In this document: one piece after another, positions 1 through 7,111 of the stretch | How positions within the stretch are numbered: position 1 is the stretch's first letter | Layout of the letters: each line of letters begins with the position of its first letter | Assembly (NCBI GenBank): GCA_020436535.1 | Contig: JAGQXQ010000110.1 | Span: 368 to 64,367, forward strand | Direction: 5' to 3' | From: Phaeodactylibacter sp. | GTDB lineage: Bacteria; Bacteroidota; Bacteroidia; Chitinophagales; Saprospiraceae | DNA: 64,000 bases | Translations under genes and position numbers: made by a program | Notes under the pieces: model-generated | Databases searched by the model: none | What the model was told of the DNA's origin: nothing | What the model saw: the letters and a program-made list of their open reading frames with translations, nothing else

Positions 1-891
1 TACTCCATCCGCCGGGTCAAGCAAAGAAGACCACACGGCGACCAGAGCATAGCCCCATTGGTATTCTTTCGAAAGGGCGCCAACGGCCGTTGTGTCCAGA
101 TAGGGCGGCGGCCCCGGATCATGATAAATCCAATAATCGTTTCCGTTTCTTTGAAATATCTTTGCGCTGTTCGGGTTGAGGGAAAAAGGCAGTACCCGCC
201 CCCATTCGGGGCTGACAAAAGGAGGTACAAAATTGCCGAACGGGTTGCCGCTTTGGTCAACAAATTGAGCAAATGCCAGAGGCTGCCAGCGGTTGAGGTC
301 TGCAATATCCGGGTTTCCCGGCACTTCGACAAACAATGGGGGGTTCACCGGTTGGTAAAATAAGTTGGCATATCTCCCTGCTTCATTCGAGCCGTCCTGC
401 AGGCCATAACGAATGACCTGCTGGGCGATATAGTTTCCCAGCTCCGCCGGGCCGCATTTGTAATCGACGGAAATATTTTCCCGGTCATAGCCGAGTGAAT
501 CCATTAAAAAATTTATCTCATAAACCAAACCGGCCTCTCCCGGGGAGCCGGCAAAGCGGTGTCTCAGCAGGCGGTATACGGCAAAACTGATGGCCTCCTC
601 CTGCGCCGCCTTAATGTCCTTCGGGATGGGAGTGCCGGTGAAAGGGCAGGTATACCCATGCACTGTCTTTCCTAATAAATAGGTGTCACCCGTTTCACTA
701 AACACGGTCCAGGCGTCGTACATGGCCAGGCTGGTATGGAAGAGGTTGCGGGCGTGGACGGTCGGCCGCGCCAGGTCGCCCCGGATGCCGTCGAGTACAG
801 CTTCGTTCCAAAGTCGGGCAATAGAGCGCTGAGCCAGGAGGCTGATACTAAAAACAAGGAAAAACAGGTATAAAGAGATTGCTTTTTTCAT
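1..891 (-). CDS. Vanadium-haloperoxidase-like / PAP2-superfamily secreted protein (DUF6851-type N-terminus); 3' end cut by window edge
   Basis: Minus-strand frame is open from ATG at 889-891 to position 1. It is absent from the ORF track because it has no stop inside the window. Hand translation: MKKAISLYLFFLVFSISLLAQRSIARLWNEAVLDGIRGDLARPTVHARNLFHTSLAMYDAWTVF... This is a signal peptide followed by the ARPTVHARNLFH..AMYDAW signature I associate with Bacteroidota haloperoxidase-like proteins. The catalytic C-terminus lies outside the window, so the family call is tentative. Confidence 0.45.
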   Translation of the reverse strand, partial: MKKAISLYLFFLVFSISLLAQRSIARLWNEAVLDGIRGDLARPTVHARNLFHTSLAMYDAWTVFSETGDTYLLGKTVHGYTCPFTGTPIPKDIKAAQEEAISFAVYRLLRHRFAGSPGEAGLVYEINFLMDSLGYDRENISVDYKCGPAELGNYIAQQVIRYGLQDGSNEAGRYANLFYQPVNPPLFVEVPGNPDIADLNRWQPLAFAQFVDQSGNPFGNFVPPFVSPEWGRVLPFSLNPNSAKIFQRNGNDYWIYHDPGPPPYLDTTAVGALSKEYQWGYALVAVWSSLLDPADGV

Positions 892-1084
892 ATCGACTCC
901 TTTAGGATCTTGCGTGCCAAAACACTATTAACCATCCGGCAATATAACCATTGTCTCTAAATCAGGCGATTAATGTTTCGCTTCCAAAGAAGAATATGTT
1001 GAAACCAGCTTTACGGGCAGGTCCAAAGGCTTTGGATTCGTTGAAATGCCGAACGATGACGAAGCACAGGCGGCTATCAACGTT

Positions 1085-2677
1085 TTACCAGATGGAATCA
1101 ACTCCGGCAATGGACCCTTCAACTACTTTCACGCCATCGCCTTCAACCACCAGTTCCGCCTTTGTGAAGTCTTCATTCGGAAAGAATAGATCCGTCATAA
1201 CCACTTTGCCGCCGTCAGCGAATAGCTCCACGGAACTGACATCCACCAACAGGCGCAGCTGTGTTTTATTTGAGGGGTTCTCCCGTGGTGCCAGATGAAC
1301 GGCTTCAAATGGATTCCGGCGGTCGATGAAAAACTGCCCGGCTGAAGGCTTCAATCCCACGTGTACCGACTCTCCTTTACTATTCGAAAGCACAACCGCT
1401 ACTGCGGTGGGGGCTGCATCCTCCGGCCATTCCAGTTCCAAGTAGATATCCAGGGTACTGGAAGCCTCCTTTAATTGGCTGCTCAAGTTGATACGGGAAG
1501 ACACTTCCTGCGGCGGAATTTCCTGAACTTCGTCGAGAATGCTTTGTAGTTCTTGCACCGGGTTGGAATACACCCTTAAGCCTTGCGGCGTTTGTTGAAG
1601 CTCCAATGTCCGAGCTACTGTCATTGCACTTCGCCAACGCTCAGTTGGAACGATATTTGCGTAGCTCCAGTTGCTCATCCATCCGATAAACAGGCGCCGG
1701 CCATCCTCCTCAGGAATATCTGACCAGGTGACGCCGGCATAGTTGTCACGGCCATAATCCAGCCAGTAGGCCGGCCGGCCGGCTGAAAGCTGTTGAGTGT
1801 AGCCTTCTTCCAAAGTGAACTGGCTTCCATCAAAGCTGCCCACAAAATACTGAGTACCCGACCCACCGTTTGGCGCTCCGGGGTTGATGCTCACCAGCAT
1901 CACCCATTTTTTGTTCTCTTCATTTCTATCTACAGGCAGTTCAAAAAGGTCGGGGCACTCCCATACGCCACCGTGAGCGCCAATGCCTCTTCCGAAATCG
2001 CTTTCGTGCCGCCAGTCTTTTAAGCCGGGTGAAGAATAGATTTTGACCTGGTCGGCAGCTGCAAAGATCATTATCCAGTGTTGGGTGGGTTCATGCCAAA
2101 ACACTTTAGGGTCCCGAAAATCGCGGATTCCGGGGTTGGGGATCACCGGGTTGCCTTCGTACTTTGTCCAGGTCCGGCCTTTATCCAGGCTATAGGCGAT
2201 GCTTTGGTACTGGAAATCATTTCTTCCAGCTTTTTCTCCCTCCATCAAATGATGAGTAAAAATAGCGATCAACGGAGGCTTGCCTTCCTGCCCAAAGCCA
2301 CTGGTATTGTTCCAATCCACCACCGCGCTACCGGAAAAAATCAGCCCCAACTTATCCGGATACAGGGCTATGGGCAAGTGTTGCCAATGCACCAGGTCAG
2401 TGCTCACCGCATGGCCCCAGTGCATTGGGCCCCATACGGTGCTATAGGGGTGGTACTGATAAAACAGGTGATATTCCCCTTCATAATAGACCATGCCGTT
2501 GGGGTCGTTCATCCACATGCTGTCCGGGGAGAAGTGGAACTGCGGGCGGTGGGGCTCCTGGTAGTAGCCATCCTTTGAAACGGGGAGGGCTTCCATGTCG
2601 TTATCCTGTTTTTTGCATGCTCCTGCAGAGAAGAATATACCTACCAATATTGCCAATGTAGTTATTTTGTATTTCAT
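1085..2677 (-). CDS. GH32 beta-fructofuranosidase (exo-levanase/inulinase type), lipoprotein
   Basis: 530 aa. Lipoprotein signal LAILVGIFFSAGAC. GH32 blocks: WMNDPNG (nucleophile Asp), WGHAVS, FSGSAVVD, FRDPKVFW (RDP), WECPDLF (acid/base Glu). C-terminal beta-sandwich region present. Confidence 0.9.
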   Translation of the reverse strand: MKYKITTLAILVGIFFSAGACKKQDNDMEALPVSKDGYYQEPHRPQFHFSPDSMWMNDPNGMVYYEGEYHLFYQYHPYSTVWGPMHWGHAVSTDLVHWQHLPIALYPDKLGLIFSGSAVVDWNNTSGFGQEGKPPLIAIFTHHLMEGEKAGRNDFQYQSIAYSLDKGRTWTKYEGNPVIPNPGIRDFRDPKVFWHEPTQHWIMIFAAADQVKIYSSPGLKDWRHESDFGRGIGAHGGVWECPDLFELPVDRNEENKKWVMLVSINPGAPNGGSGTQYFVGSFDGSQFTLEEGYTQQLSAGRPAYWLDYGRDNYAGVTWSDIPEEDGRRLFIGWMSNWSYANIVPTERWRSAMTVARTLELQQTPQGLRVYSNPVQELQSILDEVQEIPPQEVSSRINLSSQLKEASSTLDIYLELEWPEDAAPTAVAVVLSNSKGESVHVGLKPSAGQFFIDRRNPFEAVHLAPRENPSNKTQLRLLVDVSSVELFADGGKVVMTDLFFPNEDFTKAELVVEGDGVKVVEGSIAGVDSIW

Positions 2678-2740
2678 ACTTGTTTTTTTGATGTTGATTT
2701 AATATGCAGTTCAATTGTGGTGTGGCGCCAGACCGGCCGG

Positions 2741-5020
2741 TCAGTGCAGGATCACCTTTCGGGTAACTACAGAGGTATTCACTCCTTCCACGCGGAGAAA
2801 ATAAAGGCCGCCGGGAAGGCTTTTCGGTAAAGTAATCCGTATAGCCCCATCGCCTGACACTTCTTGCTCCACCTCAATGTATTGGCTATCAACATTCATC
2901 AGGTGTACTTCCTTCAGTGCTTCTCCAATTGAGGACACAAAAAGATAAGCCCGGGCGGGATTGGGGAACACCTCCACCTGAAAGCTACCAGGCTCGCCCG
3001 GTTCCTGTACTCCAACCGCCGGATTCCAGATGCTTCTAAGCTGCCAAAAATTGAAATCGCTTACCTGAGCGCCGTTGCCCTGCTGAAAAAAACGGATACC
3101 ACGCCATCCGAAAAACGGGAATATTCTTGCTGTGATCACCCGCTCGCCTTCATTGACGAACACTTCAATCGAAGATTCATCGAGGAAGATGTGAAAAGTG
3201 ACTGCTTCATCTGTATTTTCCAAAGGCGCGGAGAAGTACTCCTCGAAATCGCCGTAATAATTGGTATTGCCGGAGGCAGAGCGATCCACATAAACTTCGT
3301 TGGCTACGGCATCGAACCCAACTCTGACGCCATCATTCTGATTCTCTCGAAGGAGAATACCGGCGTTGGAGGCACCTCCTGTCCGGAGGGTGAATTTCAG
3401 TTCACATACGCCAGCCCGGAGGTTATTGTCCTCAATAAACTGGTTGGCTTCTGATATGGATTTATTTTCGAATAGCTGGTTGCCGGCACGCAGGGTTTCC
3501 AATTCCCGGACGGGTTCCTGAACCAGGCGCAGCCCATAAGAATATTGCTTCAGTTTCATCCCCCGCGGCAAAGACATGCTTCCACGCCAGGTAGAGGTAG
3601 GGATACTGCCGGCGTAGGCCCAGTTGCTCATCCAGGCCAGCCAGACTCTCTGGTATCCGTTGTCCGGCATGTTTTCCCAGGAGCGGCCTGCATAAAAGTC
3701 GGGGCCGTAATCTGTCCAGAAAGCCCGATCCTCCACATTCTGAGCCAGCTCATCTGAAAAAAGGATGTGGTCGATGTTGATGTGCCCCCAACTGCCGGTT
3801 TCCTGGTCAATGATCTGAATACGCGCCGACTGGTTTACCCATTCACTTACGTTCCAGCCTTCCCACACCAACCTTTCCTGATTCCGGCCAGTAGTGCTTT
3901 TTACAACCTGGCCATTGATCACCAGGCGGATACCTGTACCGCCTGGGTGGTTGCCACCACCGATCAGGAAATTGATGTAATTTTTTTCGATTGTAAAAGC
4001 CGGAGAAGTCAGCGACCCTACCGGCTGGTCGCCATTGAGAAAAGTGTTAACCAGGCCATTGCCTAAATAACCGGTTACAGTTTGTTGGTTCGGCAGCGTG
4101 CCCGGAGCAGGCTCCGTTCCGAAAGCAAGCCCGGCAACCTGCCAACCCGCATAACTTGTGTTTTCAAAGTCTTCGAAAACTTCCCCTTCCGGAACATAGT
4201 TGTCCGAATTAAGCACCTCATCGAACGCTTCATCCAGCAGGAATTGGCTGCCGTCGAAATCGCCGATAAAGTACTGAGTGCCCGACCCACCGGCCGGCCC
4301 GCCCGGGTTAAGGCTGACCATCAGCACCCATTTCTCTTCACCGGTTTCTTCAACTGTAATTGGAAAAAGATCCGGACATTCCCAGACTCCTCCGTGGGCT
4401 CCGATGTTGGCTCCAAAGGCACTCTCGAAGCTCCAACTCTTCAAATCACTTGAAGAGAAAAATTCAATGCGGTCCAGAACCGCCAGGCTCATCACCCATT
4501 TGAAACCAGGGGCATACCAGAAAACCTGGGGATCCCGAAAATCAGGAACGCCTTGATTTTCTAAAACCGGATTGCCGGTATACTTTGTCCACGAGCGGCC
4601 GTTGTCTGTACTGTAAGCAATACTCTGTTGCTGGGTAGCGCCAGCGTGAGTGAATAGCGCGACAATAGCCTCGTTTTCAGCAGTGTTGAAACCGGCTGTA
4701 TTATCCAAATCAACAATTGCTCCGCCTGAAAAAATGGCACCGAGGCCATCTTCGTACAGAGCTACCGGTAAATTTTCCCAGTGCACCAGGTCCCTGGAGA
4801 CAGCATGCCCCCAAGACATGTTACCCCATTGTGTGCCCTGTGGATTGTACTGATAAAACAAGTGGTACTCCCCATCGTAATAAACATTGCCACAGGGGTC
4901 GTTGATCCAGTTTGCCGGAGGGGAAAAATGGATTTGCGGGCGATAGAGCTCCTGGTAGTCTTGCCCCTTTAGCGGCAGAGACACAGCAATTCCTAACATT
5001 AGCATAAATATTCCTTTCAT
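2741..5020 (-). CDS. GH32 fructan hydrolase with nested extra beta-sandwich-like module and T9SS C-terminal sorting domain
   Basis: The ORF track gives 2741..5173 (810 aa). A canonical signal peptide MKGIFMLMLGIAVSLPLKGQ begins at the internal ATG 5018-5020, so the shorter start is preferred. GH32 blocks: WINDPCG, WGHAVS, FSGGAIVD, FRDPQVFW, WECPDLF. About 150 extra residues (FEDFENTSYAGW...WGHINIDHILFSDE) lie between YFIGDFDGSQF and FWTDYGPDFYAG. The C-terminus VEVFPNPARAYLFVS...GLYFLRVEG...KVILH looks like a T9SS sorting domain. Confidence 0.85.
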   Translation of the reverse strand: MKGIFMLMLGIAVSLPLKGQDYQELYRPQIHFSPPANWINDPCGNVYYDGEYHLFYQYNPQGTQWGNMSWGHAVSRDLVHWENLPVALYEDGLGAIFSGGAIVDLDNTAGFNTAENEAIVALFTHAGATQQQSIAYSTDNGRSWTKYTGNPVLENQGVPDFRDPQVFWYAPGFKWVMSLAVLDRIEFFSSSDLKSWSFESAFGANIGAHGGVWECPDLFPITVEETGEEKWVLMVSLNPGGPAGGSGTQYFIGDFDGSQFLLDEAFDEVLNSDNYVPEGEVFEDFENTSYAGWQVAGLAFGTEPAPGTLPNQQTVTGYLGNGLVNTFLNGDQPVGSLTSPAFTIEKNYINFLIGGGNHPGGTGIRLVINGQVVKSTTGRNQERLVWEGWNVSEWVNQSARIQIIDQETGSWGHINIDHILFSDELAQNVEDRAFWTDYGPDFYAGRSWENMPDNGYQRVWLAWMSNWAYAGSIPTSTWRGSMSLPRGMKLKQYSYGLRLVQEPVRELETLRAGNQLFENKSISEANQFIEDNNLRAGVCELKFTLRTGGASNAGILLRENQNDGVRVGFDAVANEVYVDRSASGNTNYYGDFEEYFSAPLENTDEAVTFHIFLDESSIEVFVNEGERVITARIFPFFGWRGIRFFQQGNGAQVSDFNFWQLRSIWNPAVGVQEPGEPGSFQVEVFPNPARAYLFVSSIGEALKEVHLMNVDSQYIEVEQEVSGDGAIRITLPKSLPGGLYFLRVEGVNTSVVTRKVILH

Positions 5021-5181
5021 GATATTGTCTGGTTTGTAATTTCCCCACCCGATAGCAAGCGAATTGTTATCACTAGTGCCTCGGGCATTAAGTAACGGGG
5101 CAGTTCCCGTCTGTTTAGCCGGGCAAGATTTGTTTGCGCAATCCCTAAATGACGAATGGAGCCCTGACAACATATTTGGCC

Positions 5182-7071
5182 TTATTTAACCTGCACAAAC
5201 TTTTTAGTGCTTACCGTATCTTTTCCCCTGATACATACGACCAGAATAGGCGTATCAAAATTGGATAAGGCAATTTTCTGGCTCTGGTTGGGCAGGAAAA
5301 AGAGTTCCTGCCGCTTGATTACCCTGCCGATCATATCGCTCACCACCAGGGTGCATTCGTAAAATTGATAACCCTGGTAGTCCAGCTCGACACGCTGGCT
5401 GGCTGGATTGAACCGTATCTTCATATCCTGTTGTAGAAAAATGCCCTCTGTACTTACTCTTTCCTCCGCCGATTCGCGCTGCACGATGCGATGTACCTGA
5501 TTAATAGCCGGAGTATAGATCGTTTCCATATTCCCACCCGGCCAAAAGACCTGGACAGAATCAACCTGATCCAAATCGGCCAGGCCGAAGTGCACTACCG
5601 AAGAATGTTGAGAAGCATGGCTGGAACCGCCGCTCACCTCTTGTATCCTTTTCCGCCAACCGTGGTGGAGGACAACCTTCGCTCCAAAAGCATCGCGATT
5701 GGATAAATTGCCTTCGAGGCGAAAGGCGATCCAGTTCCTGTCGGATGAACGGTTTTCGTAGTACTGCAAGAAATTTGTCGGGCCCGGAAAAAGGATATCG
5801 TTGGTTACGGTTAACAGGTCGATTTTCCCGTCTCTATTAAAATCAGCATAGACAGCCCCACGGGATAAGCCTTCGAAGGTTATGCCACTTTCGGCGCCAA
5901 CATTTTCAAATTGGTGGTTTTGCCCCCCTAGCAGCAAGTGGTCCTCTTGCCTGTATCCGTCCCGGTCAATAGCAGAGGCTACAAAGCCATTGGCGATAAA
6001 GAGGTCGAGGTAAGTATCGTTGTTCACATCCGCGAAAAAGGTTCCCCAACCCGTAGTGTACAGGGCAGTACCAAGGGCATAGGCGTCTTCCAGGCCTAAA
6101 TATGGCGCCAGGTCGGCAAATGTCTTGTTTCCCTGGTTTTCGAAAAAACGGTTGGCGGCAATATTGGTGATGTAAAAATCAGGATCCAGGTCCTCATCAT
6201 AATCTCCAACGGCAATGCCCATACCATACATTTCAGCATCCATGCCCGAGGCTTCACTGATGTCTGCGAAAGAAGGTGCCGGATAGTCGTTTTGGTATAA
6301 AGCGTTGGGCAAAACCCAGCGGCCGAAATCATTGGCGACTAAGAGGTCGGGGTCGCCGTCCAGGTCGATGTCGGAGGAAGTAGCAGCCAATGTACACCCA
6401 TCATTGATCAATCCATAGATTACTGAACGGTCTGAAAAGAATTGCTTACCGTTATTGATGTATAGAGGGTTGCGGCCGCAATTGTGGTCAAAACCTACCA
6501 CTTGGCTTCCCTCCGTGATGACGCCCGGTTCCTCTACATAATTGAGGACGTAGAGGTCGAGAAAACCGTCCAGGTTGACATCAAAGAAGTGGCCTCCCAT
6601 GCAGAAGGACTTATCCTTTAATCCGAAATCCATAGCGTGATCTTCAAATTGGTTGAGTTCCGCATTAAATTGGAGCAAAAGGTTTTTGCTCCATACTCCT
6701 TCTGTATTAACCGGGCCAATGGTACCGACAAATATCTCACGAAGGCCATCATTGTCTATGTCGCCAGTCGTGACCGAAGTAGTCACCACATTTTTAGTCA
6801 GCTCCACAATACCAAACTGCTCGCTGACATTGGTAAAATTACCGGCGCCATCGTTGAGGAATAAGGCGTCATGCTCAGTGCCTCCGGTTACGTACAAATC
6901 TTCATCGCCATCATTGTCCACATCGAAAGCGGCAGCTCCGCCGCCCATCAACAGCATTCCGTTGTGTACGAACTGCAAGCCGGCACTTAAAGAACGCTCC
7001 TCGAACGAAACTTGTGCCGTTGCAGTTTGCAAGACAGACAGGATTATAATGGCCTGTAAAATTCTGGACAT
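5182..7071 (-). CDS. FG-GAP/VCBS repeat + UnbV_ASPIC (CRTAC1-like) protein with T9SS C-terminal domain
   Basis: 629 aa. Signal peptide MSRILQAIIILSVLQTATAQ. Repeated Ca-binding FG-GAP loops: DVDNDGDEDLY, DIDNDGLRE, DVNLDGFLDLY, DIDLDGDPDLL, DYDEDLDPDFY, DVNNDTYLDLF, DFNRDGKIDLL. UnbV_ASPIC-like segment SGGSSHASQHSSVVHFGLADLDQVDSVQVFWPGG. The C-terminal ~80 aa (IRFNPASQRVELDY...KFVQVK) resembles a T9SS sorting domain. Confidence 0.8.
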   Translation of the reverse strand: MSRILQAIIILSVLQTATAQVSFEERSLSAGLQFVHNGMLLMGGGAAAFDVDNDGDEDLYVTGGTEHDALFLNDGAGNFTNVSEQFGIVELTKNVVTTSVTTGDIDNDGLREIFVGTIGPVNTEGVWSKNLLLQFNAELNQFEDHAMDFGLKDKSFCMGGHFFDVNLDGFLDLYVLNYVEEPGVITEGSQVVGFDHNCGRNPLYINNGKQFFSDRSVIYGLINDGCTLAATSSDIDLDGDPDLLVANDFGRWVLPNALYQNDYPAPSFADISEASGMDAEMYGMGIAVGDYDEDLDPDFYITNIAANRFFENQGNKTFADLAPYLGLEDAYALGTALYTTGWGTFFADVNNDTYLDLFIANGFVASAIDRDGYRQEDHLLLGGQNHQFENVGAESGITFEGLSRGAVYADFNRDGKIDLLTVTNDILFPGPTNFLQYYENRSSDRNWIAFRLEGNLSNRDAFGAKVVLHHGWRKRIQEVSGGSSHASQHSSVVHFGLADLDQVDSVQVFWPGGNMETIYTPAINQVHRIVQRESAEERVSTEGIFLQQDMKIRFNPASQRVELDYQGYQFYECTLVVSDMIGRVIKRQELFFLPNQSQKIALSNFDTPILVVCIRGKDTVSTKKFVQVK

Positions 7072-7111
7072 AGGATATAGTTTTAATGGACTAATCGTAA
7101 TGTCATTGCGC

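Noticed and set aside
951-1298. 115-aa plus-strand ORF
   Set aside because: It overlaps the 3' end of the first GH32 gene on the opposite strand, and its Ser/Thr/Pro-rich translation is typical of antisense frames.
2713-5069. AATTGT cores upstream of two GH32 genes (2713-2720, 5062-5069) as additional HTCS operator half-sites
   Set aside because: A 6-mer match is expected by chance at roughly this frequency in several hundred nt of AT-rich spacer. Only the exact 8-mer direct repeat at 25000-25028 is retained as a candidate.
5021-5173. 51-codon N-terminal extension of the second GH32 (ATG at 5171-5173, 8 nt after the upstream stop)
   Set aside because: The extension (MLSGLHSSFRDCANKSC...) precedes a canonical signal peptide that would then be internal and non-functional. 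The ATG at 5018-5020 is preferred. The 161-nt spacer may instead hold an internal promoter.
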